A stretch of 14,886 nucleotides of DNA from Candidatus Calditenuaceae archaeon (GTDB lineage: Archaea > Thermoproteota > Nitrososphaeria_A > Caldarchaeales > Calditenuaceae). Below are positions 6,204 through 14,018 of the stretch, piece by piece. Location of the stretch: contig JANXEE010000022.1 in NCBI GenBank assembly GCA_025058225.1, forward strand, positions 1 to 14,886. The letters are read 5' to 3'. The notes under the pieces are model-generated. The model was not told the origin of the DNA. It ran no database searches and saw nothing but the letters and a program-made list of their open reading frames with translations. The translations under genes and the position numbers were made by a program. Position 1 is the stretch's first letter. Every line of letters starts with the position of its first letter.

Positions 6204-7244
6204 ATGGACTCCAGGTACGTCTCCGTACTGGCCTTCGCGATGAGGGGGAAGCTGCTCGACAAGAGGGCCTTGGAGGACTTAACGGATTCGAAGTCCCTCG
6301 ACGATCTGGTGTTGGCTCTCAGGGCGACTCACTACTCCGAGACCATGTCGGAACTCTCGCCGCCGCTCTCGGCGAGGAGGATCGAACAGGCACTGAGGAG
6401 GTACCTTTACCGTTATCATTACTCCCTGATCAAATACACGTCTTGGAACTCCGCGATGGTTTCCCTCTTCGAGAGATACCTCGTGAGGGAGCTGAAGTCC
6501 GCTGTGAGGGGTGTAGTTTCGGGTATGGTGACGGATGAGTTACTGAGAGAGATCGATTTCACTCCTGCTGAGCTCACGGGCAGGAGGGACCTCTTAGCCA
6601 GGACAGCAGCCTGTAGGTCTGCCACAGAGCTTCCGTCTGCGCTGAGAGGGACCGACTACGAGAGACCAGTCAGGACGGCCCTCGAGTACTTCGAGAGGAC
6701 CGGAGACCTAGCTGCCATAGACATGGAGCTGGACAAAGTCATCGCCGGATCGTTGACGGAGTCCATCCGAAGACTGAGGCAGTACGACAGGAGGTGGATG
6801 AAGTGGATGACCGACCGCTATCTGAACTCAATCGTCGTGGAGGCTGTTCTCAGAGCTAAAGCTTGGAGGCTCGAGCCCAGAGAGATAAGGAGGGCAATCG
6901 AGGGGATAAGGACCGATGTTCCGCGTGCGATGATGGACGTGCTGCTAGAGAGCGCAGACGCGGAGAGCATCTCCAGAGCGCTCAAGGTGTTAGAGGGCAA
7001 GGGCATACCGCCCATTTCAGAAAGAGCGAACCTCAACGCGATGGCCTCACAGCTGAGGGAGAGGGCATGGAGGGACTTGGTCTCGAGGGCACAGAGGGCT
7101 TTCCTTCTGACCGATTCGCACATCGTTCTCTCGGTCGCCTCAATATTCCTCCTCGAGGACGAGGTATCTAGGTTGACATCAGTCGCTACGGGCATAGAGA
7201 TGCGGCTTCCCAGAGAGGAGATATTGGAGGTAGTGCTGTTTTAG
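6204..7244 (+). CDS. atpC: A-type ATP synthase subunit C (homologue of V-ATPase subunit d)
   Basis: 346 aa. The N-terminus YVSVLAFAMRGKLLDKRALEDLTDSKSLDDLVLALRATHYSE matches the Y..aR.Ra....LL......L.....l.e....L..t.Y signature of archaeal/Thermus subunit C. The protein is all-helical with a repeated architecture, and the C-terminal ...EVSRLTSVATGIEMRLPREEILEVV pattern is also typical. Confidence 0.75.
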   Translation: MDSRYVSVLAFAMRGKLLDKRALEDLTDSKSLDDLVLALRATHYSETMSELSPPLSARRIEQALRRYLYRYHYSLIKYTSWNSAMVSLFERYLVRELKSAVRGVVSGMVTDELLREIDFTPAELTGRRDLLARTAACRSATELPSALRGTDYERPVRTALEYFERTGDLAAIDMELDKVIAGSLTESIRRLRQYDRRWMKWMTDRYLNSIVVEAVLRAKAWRLEPREIRRAIEGIRTDVPRAMMDVLLESADAESISRALKVLEGKGIPPISERANLNAMASQLRERAWRDLVSRAQRAFLLTDSHIVLSVASIFLLEDEVSRLTSVATGIEMRLPREEILEVVLF

Positions 7245-7267
7245 GGGTTAACGGGAGGGGATGAGGT

Positions 7268-9625
7268 CTAACGGGCTGCTGACTTGATGGCCCTGAATAC
7301 CTTCTCCGGTGTCAGCGGCATGTCGATGTGCCTCACGCCGAGATGCGCCAAGGCGTCTAGGACGGCGTTCACGACTGCGGGTGTCGACGCAATAGTTCCG
7401 GCCTCCCCTATCCCCTTCACACCCAACGGGTTGTGTGGCGACGGTGTAACGGTCGAGTCGCTGACGACATCGGGCATCTCAACTGCCGTCGGGACCAGAT
7501 AGTCATTCAGGGAAGAAGTGAGCAGGTTGCCTGAGGAGTCATAGAATGCCTCCTCGTAGAGGGCCTGTGCGAGCCCCTGCGCTATGCCTCCCTGAATCTG
7601 CCCTTCAACGATCATGGGGTTGATCTGATGGCCGCAGTCGTCAACGGCTACGTACCTCAGTACCTTGACCTGCCCGCTTTCGGGATCGACCTCGACCACG
7701 CAGACGTGCGTCCCGAACGGGAACGTGAAGTTCGGTGGGTCGTAGTAGACGGTCGCCTCTAGGCCGGGCTCGGTTCCGCTGGGCAGTTCGTTAGCACCAG
7801 CACCGTAGGCAGCGAAGGCCACCTCCTGTATCGTCTTGGACTTCTCGGGGGCCTCTCTAACGTGGAACCTGCCAGCTTCGAAGACCAGGTCCTCTTCCCT
7901 CACCTCGAGCATGTGGGCCGCTATCTTCCTCGCCTTCTCCAGCACTTTGTTACAGGCGAGAGCCACCGCCCCTCCCGCGACGGGTGTGGTCCTGCTGCCA
8001 TAGGTCCCCATCCCGAAGGGCACCTGATCGGTGTCGCCGTGAATCACGTCAACGTCCTCCAGCGGCACGCCCAACCTGTCGGCCACGATCTGCGCAAACG
8101 TCGTCTCCTCTCCCTGACCGTGCGGATGCCCTCCTATGTACACGGAGACCTTACCCGTCGGGTGGACCCTGACGATCGTGCTCTCCCAGAGACCGAGCCC
8201 GAAGCCCAAGGACCTGACCGCTGCAGAGGGTCCCATGCCGCAGACCTCGACGTAACTAGAGATGCCTATGCCGATCAGCACGCCCCTCTCCCTTGCCCTT
8301 TTCTGCTCATCCCTCCATTTACTGTAACCCAACAGCTCCAAGGCCCTTCTGTGGGCCCTCTCGTAGTCGCCGCTGTCGTAGACCAGCGCTATGGGCGTCT
8401 GATACGGGAATCGGTCCCTCGGAATGAAGTTACGGCTCCTCACCTCTGCGGGGTCCACGTTTAGCTCCCTCGCGACCAAATCCATCACCCGCTCGAGAAT
8501 GTACGTGGCCTCAGGCCTGCCCGCACCTCTGTAGGCGTCAACAGGGGCGGTGTTGGTAAGCGCACCGATCACTTCAACCGATATGCCCTTGATCGCATAT
8601 GGGCCGGAGAGCATGGGCCCGAAGAGTATGGTTGGGATGCCGGGTGCGGCCGTTGAGATGTAAGCTCCCAAATTGGCGAAGGACTTGACCCTGAGCCCGA
8701 GAACCCTGCCGTCCTTGGTGGCTGCGGCCTCGACGTACTGGACGTGGTCTCTGCCGTGGATGGTGGACTTGAAGTTCTCCTCCCTCGTCTCGACCCACTT
8801 GACTGGCAGCTCGAGCCTCTTAGCCAGGTGAAGGACAACCGCCTCCGGACCGTAGCAGTGAATCTTCGATCCGAAACCGCCACCGACGTCATGGGATACG
8901 ACCCTGAGCTTGTGCTCGGGAATACCCGTCATGGCCGAGAGCAGAAGCCTGTGGACGTGGGGGTTCTGGGTCGTGAGGTAAACCGTCGCCTTGTCGTTGA
9001 ACCTGTCGTACACAGCTAACGCCGCCCTCGTCTCGATCGCCGTCGGCTGGAGCCGTGAGTTGACCATCCTCTGTTTCACGACCAAGTCAGCGCCGGAGAA
9101 CGCGCCCTCGACATCGCCGCCCGCAGCTTGCCAGACGAAGGCGGTGTTGTTCGGGACCTCGTCGTAGAGCAGGGGGGATCCGGGCTGAACGGCCCTCTCC
9201 GGGTCGGTGACGGCCGGGAGCGGTTCAAACTCGGCGCTGACAAGGCCCGCTGCGTCGGCAGCGACGTAGGGTGAGCGTGCGACGACCACCGCGTAGGGGT
9301 CTCCGACGTACCTAACCCTGTCGACCGCAACCGCCGTGTAGCGCGGAACCTTCAGATTTGATGCCGGTATCTGCCACGCAGTGGGCACAGGGGCTATAGC
9401 GTCCGCGAGATCGCGCCCCGTGAGTACCGCGATCACACCGTCTACCTTCAGTGCCCCCGAGACATCGATCGACTTTATTCTCGCATGTGCGTATGGGCTC
9501 CTCACGAAATGAGCGTAAACCGTGCCTTGGGGCGTCAGGTCGGCGGTGAAATTACCTCTGCCGGTGATGAGCCTCGGGTCTTCCTTTCTCTTAACCCTAG
9601 CACCAAACAGTTTTGAGACGGCCAT
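7268..9625 (-). CDS. Molybdopterin-binding large subunit of the xanthine dehydrogenase/aerobic CO dehydrogenase family (form II CoxL-like)
   Basis: 785 aa. The N-terminus is GARVKRKEDPRLITGRGNFTADL. The motif AYRGAGR (residues 364-370) is encoded at 8516-8536 and was verified at nucleotide level (gcc tac aga ggt gcg ggc agg on the minus strand). This is the form II signature rather than the form I AYxCSFR. VGGGFGSK and GIGE motifs are also present. AGGAG lies 8 nt upstream of the ATG. Confidence 0.9.
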   Translation of the reverse strand: MAVSKLFGARVKRKEDPRLITGRGNFTADLTPQGTVYAHFVRSPYAHARIKSIDVSGALKVDGVIAVLTGRDLADAIAPVPTAWQIPASNLKVPRYTAVAVDRVRYVGDPYAVVVARSPYVAADAAGLVSAEFEPLPAVTDPERAVQPGSPLLYDEVPNNTAFVWQAAGGDVEGAFSGADLVVKQRMVNSRLQPTAIETRAALAVYDRFNDKATVYLTTQNPHVHRLLLSAMTGIPEHKLRVVSHDVGGGFGSKIHCYGPEAVVLHLAKRLELPVKWVETREENFKSTIHGRDHVQYVEAAATKDGRVLGLRVKSFANLGAYISTAAPGIPTILFGPMLSGPYAIKGISVEVIGALTNTAPVDAYRGAGRPEATYILERVMDLVARELNVDPAEVRSRNFIPRDRFPYQTPIALVYDSGDYERAHRRALELLGYSKWRDEQKRARERGVLIGIGISSYVEVCGMGPSAAVRSLGFGLGLWESTIVRVHPTGKVSVYIGGHPHGQGEETTFAQIVADRLGVPLEDVDVIHGDTDQVPFGMGTYGSRTTPVAGGAVALACNKVLEKARKIAAHMLEVREEDLVFEAGRFHVREAPEKSKTIQEVAFAAYGAGANELPSGTEPGLEATVYYDPPNFTFPFGTHVCVVEVDPESGQVKVLRYVAVDDCGHQINPMIVEGQIQGGIAQGLAQALYEEAFYDSSGNLLTSSLNDYLVPTAVEMPDVVSDSTVTPSPHNPLGVKGIGEAGTIASTPAVVNAVLDALAHLGVRHIDMPLTPEKVFRAIKSAAR

Positions 9626-9650
9626 GCATCATACTCCTGATTAACCGATA

Positions 9651-9662
9651 GAAATTATTTTT
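9651..9662. promoter_or_regulatory. AT-rich TATA-like element shared by the divergent CoxL-like and Nudix genes
   Basis: GAAATTATTTTT is the only AT-rich block in the 95-bp divergent intergenic region. It is flanked by ACCGAT ... ATCGGT inverted 6-mers (9644-9649 and 9670-9675). Both genes would have short 5' UTRs carrying SD-like motifs: AGGAG for CoxL-like, and GGGAG before the second Nudix ATG. Confidence 0.35.
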
Positions 9663-9720
9663 GTTGATAATCGGTGGAACGGTATGTTAGTCATGGCGAT
9701 GCATCCAGCTTGGTCGGGAG

Positions 9721-10212
9721 ATGGGGTCGATGCGGAGGGAGAGATCGGCCGGGTGCGTCGTGTTCTACGTCTCCCCTGACGGTGTTAGAAGACACCTGGT
9801 GCTCCACTACCCCAACAACCACTGGGACTTCCCGAAGGGTCATGTGGAGAGGGGCGAGGACGACTTCGCGGCTGCTCTCAGGGAGCTCCGTGAGGAGACT
9901 GGCATCTCGGAGGTTGAACCGGTGCTTGGGTTCAGACGCGAAATCTCATATTTCTTCACCGAAGCGGGCGAGCGCGTCGCCAAGACCGTCGTCTACTTCG
10001 CGGTCAAGGCTCTGAGACCCGAAGTGACCCTCTCACGAGAACACCTGGGTTATGAGTGGTTGACCTATGACGAAGCGATTCGTAGGCTGTCCTTTAAGAG
10101 TTCGAGGGAGATACTCGCAGAGGTGGAAAGACTGGTCGATTCACAGGCCGCCTCAAGAGGATCCAACGACGATGGTGGACCTCGATCGTCAGAACAGGAC
10201 CACCTCCCATAA
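9721..10212 (+). CDS. Nudix hydrolase, NUDT2/Ap4A-hydrolase-like
   Basis: Nudix box GHVERGEDDFAAALRELREETGI (Gx5Ex7REuxEExGu). The flanks CVVFY...HWDFPKGHVE, KTVVYFAV and LSREHLGYEWLTYDEA parallel asymmetrical Ap4A hydrolases. The start may be the second ATG at 9730, which has GGGAG 9 nt upstream. Confidence 0.85.
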   Translation: MGSMRRERSAGCVVFYVSPDGVRRHLVLHYPNNHWDFPKGHVERGEDDFAAALRELREETGISEVEPVLGFRREISYFFTEAGERVAKTVVYFAVKALRPEVTLSREHLGYEWLTYDEAIRRLSFKSSREILAEVERLVDSQAASRGSNDDGGPRSSEQDHLP

Positions 10213-10215
10213 CAG

Positions 10216-10224
10216 TTTATATTA
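10216..10224 (+). promoter_or_regulatory. TATA box TTTATATTA for the DUF169 gene
   Basis: Centred 26 nt upstream of the GTG start at 10246, which implies a leaderless transcript using a GTG start. The nearby ATG at 10238 opens only a 3-codon ORF. Confidence 0.5.
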
Positions 10225-10245
10225 TGAATTACAAAATATGGATAC

Positions 10246-10926
10246 GTGAGTTATCGGGAAGTCGCGCAGAACATCGAGCGCCTCCTCAAGCTGAGGAGGC
10301 CCATAGTGGCCATCGCGTACGTGAAGGGTGATCCGCAGGACCTCAAACCCGTTGAAGCGGCACCGCCTTCCAGCTGCACCTTTTGGGCGCTGGCGCAGCT
10401 GAGCTCGTTCAAGACATACAGAGAGCACCACCTTAACTGCAGCATCGGTTCGGTGACCCATGGAATTCGTAGCGCGGAAGAGGTAAGGCCGGGATGCGGG
10501 TGCGCCGACATCGATTTCTTGGTCGAATGCGAGTGGATTACGGAGGAGGAGTTGAGACGTATGCCATCGGTTAAGTTCTCCGGCGGGACCATCTGTTACG
10601 GCCCCCTCAGACAGATCGAGTTCGAACCCGACCTGATACTCATGTTCTGCAACGCCGAGCAGTCGATGTACGTGTCGTCAGCTTTACCCGTGAAGCCCAA
10701 GACGGTGGGGCGCCCCTCGTGCGTCGGCGTGCCCGTTGCGCTCAACGAGAAGGTGCCGGTGATGAGTCTAGGATGTAACCCCAGCAGGCTGAGGGCTGGT
10801 TACGGTCCGGACGAGCTGGTGGTCTTCATTCCAGGCGAGATGATCAGACCGTTCCACGACAACCTCCTCCGAATCATTGAGATCGAGGACAAAGTCGCGG
10901 TCGCGGTGCTACAGGGAAGAGGTTGA
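10246..10926 (+). CDS. DUF169 (COG2043, 'ArCR') family protein of unknown function
   Basis: 226 aa. The pattern RPIVAIAY...C.FWA.A......H..C.IG...HG...FEPDLILMFCNAEQSMYV...RPSC.G.P......V.MSLGC..SR.....DELVVFIP matches my recollection of DUF169 proteins. The protein is Cys-rich (10 Cys). Confidence 0.7.
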   Translation: MSYREVAQNIERLLKLRRPIVAIAYVKGDPQDLKPVEAAPPSSCTFWALAQLSSFKTYREHHLNCSIGSVTHGIRSAEEVRPGCGCADIDFLVECEWITEEELRRMPSVKFSGGTICYGPLRQIEFEPDLILMFCNAEQSMYVSSALPVKPKTVGRPSCVGVPVALNEKVPVMSLGCNPSRLRAGYGPDELVVFIPGEMIRPFHDNLLRIIEIEDKVAVAVLQGRG

Positions 10927-10994
10927 ACGCCGGAGAGAGAGCTCGCGTTCGGCCGTATCACGAAGTCCCACAGCCCACGCGTAGGCCGGACCCT

Positions 10995-11345
10995 TCAGAG
11001 GACCCTAGCTCCGTCCTGAATGTCCCTCTCTGGGATCAAGGGTACCACATCGGTCTCATCGGTCATCGCGGCCAGTATCATGCACTCCGATACGAGCCCC
11101 CTCACCTTCTTGGGCCTGAGGTTCGTCACGAAGACGAACTTCCTGTTGATGAAGTGCTCTGGACCGTACAGGTGCCCTAGTCCCGCGAGCGCCTGCTTGC
11201 GGAAGGCCCCGAAGTCGACGGTCAACCTGATCAACTTGTCCGTGCCTTGAACCCTCTCGGCATCGATGACCCTCCCTATCCTGATGTCGACGCGCCTGAA
11301 CTCCGCGATGTCGAGTTCCGAGCTCAAACCCCGATGTCTCGGCAT
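10995..11345 (-). CDS. Stand-alone tRNA-binding domain protein (Trbp111/CsaA/EMAP-II-like OB fold)
   Basis: DIRIGRVIDAERVQGTDKLIRLTVDFG...GLGHLYGPEHFINRKFVFVTNLRPKKVRGLVSECMILAA...VVPLIPERDIQDGARV aligns by eye along the full length of Trbp111/CsaA. The start is placed at ATG 11345 (116 aa). The ORF track extends to 11444 (GTG) and there is an ATG at 11396, so the exact start is uncertain. Confidence 0.8.
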   Translation of the reverse strand: MPRHRGLSSELDIAEFRRVDIRIGRVIDAERVQGTDKLIRLTVDFGAFRKQALAGLGHLYGPEHFINRKFVFVTNLRPKKVRGLVSECMILAAMTDETDVVPLIPERDIQDGARVL

Positions 11346-11448
11346 AGCTGGTAGATTAATTGTGCGAGCTCTCCGAAGGATAGGAGCGGATCGCATGAAG
11401 GTGTTTCGGATTACCTCCGGAGCCCGAACCCTGCCACCACGCACTCCC

Positions 11449-11455
11449 TTTAAAT
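11449..11455 (+). promoter_or_regulatory. TATA box TTTAAAT upstream of the SMC-like gene
   Basis: The only AT-rich heptamer near the gene, centred about 34 nt upstream of ATG 11486. The TTTAAA core is palindromic, so it could in principle also serve the divergent tRNA-binding gene. Confidence 0.45.
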
Positions 11456-11485
11456 CATGGACGGGCAGACGGCCCTCGGGTAAGG

Positions 11486-13228
11486 ATGGTTAAGGTCCAC
11501 GGGCCTCTCGAGGAGACGAAAACGGTCCTCAGGAGGGTCCACATCAGGGAGGTGGTCCTAGAGAACTTCATGTCCCATGAGTACTCGAGGGTGAAGATAT
11601 CGCGGGGCATCAACCTGATAACCGGCCCCAACGGTGCCGGCAAGTCGTCTATACTGCTCGGCATCTCTGTCGCGCTGGGCCAGAGTTACACGGAGAGGGG
11701 CGAGAGGCTCGCGGACCTGATAAGACGGGGTCAGGACTCGGCGAGGATCTCGGTGGTGCTGGACAACTCGCCGATCGAGGGCGAGCGCCCCGTCAGGTCG
11801 ATCCCGCTCGACACCATCACGATCACCCGGTACATCAAGAGGACCGGAGAGTACTGGCACTACGTCAACAACAGGTTCAGGACCAAGGCCGAGGTCGACC
11901 AGCTCCTCAGGTCCCTGGGGATCAACCCGAACAACCTGCTCATCGTGATGCACCAGAACATGATAGAGGAGTTCGCGGCTAGGGACGACTCGGAGAAGCT
12001 CAGGATGCTGGAGGACGCCGTCGGGCTGTCGTCGATGAGGGAGAGGATCCTCCAGGCCGCCGCAAAGCTGTCATCGCTGATGGGTGAGGTCAACACGGTC
12101 AGGAAGGCCCTCGAGGAGGCCGGGGCCTCGGTTGAGTACTGGAAGGCTGAAGTCGAGAGGCTAACCAGAAAGCGCGAGCTGGAGTCACGAAGAGAATCCC
12201 TAGAACTGGAGTATCTATACAGCCTTGCAAGGACGACCGAGCTGGCCCTGAAGAGGAAGACGGAGCTGCTGGAGCGGGTGAGGTCCGAGCTCTCCAGCCT
12301 GAGGGATGAGGGCGCCGAGGTCTCAGAACAGCTGACTTCCAGAAGGGCCGCGTTGGTGAACCTCCTCAGAGGTGGTCCGCTGGACGTCGATGCGGTCATG
12401 AAGGAGGTGGACGTGCTGATTGAGCTGGCCTCGAGAAAGGGCGTTATCGCTTACAGGTCTGATGAGCTCGAGAGGGAGAGGAGGGAGCTGGAGAAGGAGA
12501 TCAGGGCCCTCGAGAGGGAGCTGGAGGAGCGGATCAGGATTGCGTCGGAAAGGGGGCCACGTGTGGAGACATCCAGGGAGCCCTCGGAGGTGCAGGAGGA
12601 GCTGAGGTTCGTCACCCTTCAGCTCTCGTCGATAGGCACCGTCATTCAGGAGGCAGAGGAGATGTACTTCATGGCCGACTCGAAGTTCAGGGGCATACAG
12701 ATCAAGGCCGAGGAGCTCGAGCAGAACGTCAAGAAGGCCCTCGAGGAGGTCGAGCACAGGAAGCGGATATGGCGCGAGAAGCTCGAGGAGCTGATCGGCG
12801 AGGTGAGCCCCGTCTACGACGAGATCCTCTCGAGCGTCGGGGGAGCAGGCACGATTCGGCTGAGGGGGTTGGAGGACCCGTCGACTGCGAGGCTTGAGCT
12901 GTACGTGGGCTTCAGGGGTAACCCGGCTACATTACTCGACGCTAGAACGCACAGCGGCGGTGAGAGGGTCCTGGCCACGCTCGGCTTCCTGCTGGCCGTC
13001 CAGTCGAGGGTCAAGTCGCCCTTCAGAGCGGTAGACGAATTCGACGTCCACCTCGACCCCCTCAACAGGGAGAGGATGATGACGATGCTCCTCGAGACCG
13101 CTCGGAGGCACGGAGACGTTCAGTACCTGATCATCACGCCCGGCAGGGTTCCCGAGATGGACGGCATCAACGTGATACTCGTGCAGAACGTCTCCGGCCG
13201 CTCGATCGTCACGGGTCGATCCCCATGA
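11486..13228 (+). CDS. Short SMC-superfamily ATPase (580 aa) with an Smc5/6-like head, short coiled coil, and no hinge or zinc hook
   Basis: Walker A GPNGAGKS is at 11624-11647, within VVLENFMSHE...INLITGPNGAGKSSILLGISVALG. Signature SGGER is at 12953-12967 and Walker B DEFDVHLD at 13034-13057. About 270 aa of heptad-rich E/R/L sequence separate the head halves, with an apex near LLRGGPLDVDAVMKEV. There is no Gly-rich hinge domain and no CxxC hook. Confidence 0.85.
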   Translation: MVKVHGPLEETKTVLRRVHIREVVLENFMSHEYSRVKISRGINLITGPNGAGKSSILLGISVALGQSYTERGERLADLIRRGQDSARISVVLDNSPIEGERPVRSIPLDTITITRYIKRTGEYWHYVNNRFRTKAEVDQLLRSLGINPNNLLIVMHQNMIEEFAARDDSEKLRMLEDAVGLSSMRERILQAAAKLSSLMGEVNTVRKALEEAGASVEYWKAEVERLTRKRELESRRESLELEYLYSLARTTELALKRKTELLERVRSELSSLRDEGAEVSEQLTSRRAALVNLLRGGPLDVDAVMKEVDVLIELASRKGVIAYRSDELERERRELEKEIRALERELEERIRIASERGPRVETSREPSEVQEELRFVTLQLSSIGTVIQEAEEMYFMADSKFRGIQIKAEELEQNVKKALEEVEHRKRIWREKLEELIGEVSPVYDEILSSVGGAGTIRLRGLEDPSTARLELYVGFRGNPATLLDARTHSGGERVLATLGFLLAVQSRVKSPFRAVDEFDVHLDPLNRERMMTMLLETARRHGDVQYLIITPGRVPEMDGINVILVQNVSGRSIVTGRSP

Positions 13229-13977
13229 AGTTCATCGAGGTAAGGATCGAGGAGCTTCGCAGGATGGCCGCTGCACTCGAGTCGGTCCTGAACATGAAGG
13301 TCGAACCCTTCACGGTCAACGTCAGCTCCCTCCTCAAGCGGCTGAGGTCCATCATCGAGGAGAGCAGGGATTTCGAGACGGTCGTGCTCGACGCGGAGGT
13401 GCTCTACAGGGTCTCCGTGGTCCTCGGGCTCCAACAGAAGTACATACTGCAGAGCGCATCTTCGCTGCTGGTCGATTCGCAAGTGATCGTCGCGAAGGTT
13501 CTGAGGTCGGAGCCACACGAGCTGGCCGCGGCCTTCATGACCGCCTGGCGCCCTCTCGCGAGGCTCGAGCACGTCACCACGCCCCTACTCATCAGGGCCT
13601 ACGAGCACTTCCTCTCTCTACCCGGGAAGCTGGTGAGACCCGAGACGGTCACGGCCTCCAACGAGAGGGCGCCCGGATGGGACGTTTACGAGGCCCTGTT
13701 CGAGGAGGAGCTCAGGTCCCTGAGGTCGGAGCTCGAGTCGGAGACCGGCTGGGTTGACTACTGGGAGTTCATATCGAGGGCCGGCGGGCGCTCAAGGACC
13801 AACAGGGCCTACCTGCTGAGCTTCCTCATCACCAGGGGCGAGGTGGAGGTCCAGTATGACCCCCTCAAGGAGGAGATCCGCGTCAAGGCTTCTGCCCCTT
13901 CCCCGTCACGGAGGGAGGGAGGGGTGCTGTCCCTGGTGATAACCTTGGGGCCGACCGGATCGGAGGTCACAGGCTGA
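13225..13977 (+). CDS. ScpA/kleisin-like protein (250 aa), putative partner of the SMC-like ATPase
   Basis: ATGA start/stop overlap with the upstream gene (13225-13228). The length and layout resemble ScpA. The N-terminal FTVNVSSLLKRL ... LDAEVLYRVSVVLGLQQKYILQ parallels PLDLLL.LI ... A.EYLVMAATLL.IKS..LL. The C-terminal WVDYWEFI...RAYLLSFLITRGEVEVQYDPLKEEIRV parallels the winged-helix ...VVTFLAILEL.K...v...Q...F.dI.i. Similarity is by pattern only. Confidence 0.55.
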   Translation: MKFIEVRIEELRRMAAALESVLNMKVEPFTVNVSSLLKRLRSIIEESRDFETVVLDAEVLYRVSVVLGLQQKYILQSASSLLVDSQVIVAKVLRSEPHELAAAFMTAWRPLARLEHVTTPLLIRAYEHFLSLPGKLVRPETVTASNERAPGWDVYEALFEEELRSLRSELESETGWVDYWEFISRAGGRSRTNRAYLLSFLITRGEVEVQYDPLKEEIRVKASAPSPSRREGGVLSLVITLGPTGSEVTG

Positions 13978-14018
13978 GTCACCCGGCGACCTCTATGGCC
14001 AATCTCTGGGTCCGCGAG

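Noticed and set aside
7862-8464. 200-aa plus-strand ORF inside the CoxL-like gene
   Set aside because: It is antisense to a gene with unambiguous family motifs, and its translation is low-complexity and R/P/H-rich.
11346-11444. N-terminal extension of the tRNA-binding protein ORF (GTG 11444 or ATG 11396)
   Set aside because: Homology to Trbp111/CsaA begins only after ATG 11345. GTG 11444 lies only about 5 nt from the sole TATA-like element, which is too close. ATG 11396 cannot be fully excluded, so the uncertainty is noted in the feature.
11558-12757. Antisense ORFs within the SMC-like gene (11558..11953, 11860..12399 and 12323..12757, minus strand)
   Set aside because: GAG/CTC- and AGG/CCT-rich coiled-coil coding sequence stays open on the opposite strand. 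The products are S/L/P/R-rich and lack motifs, and they overlap each other in different frames.
13120-13572. 150-aa minus-strand ORF spanning the SMC/kleisin junction
   Set aside because: It crosses the boundary of two well-supported plus-strand genes and has junk-like composition.
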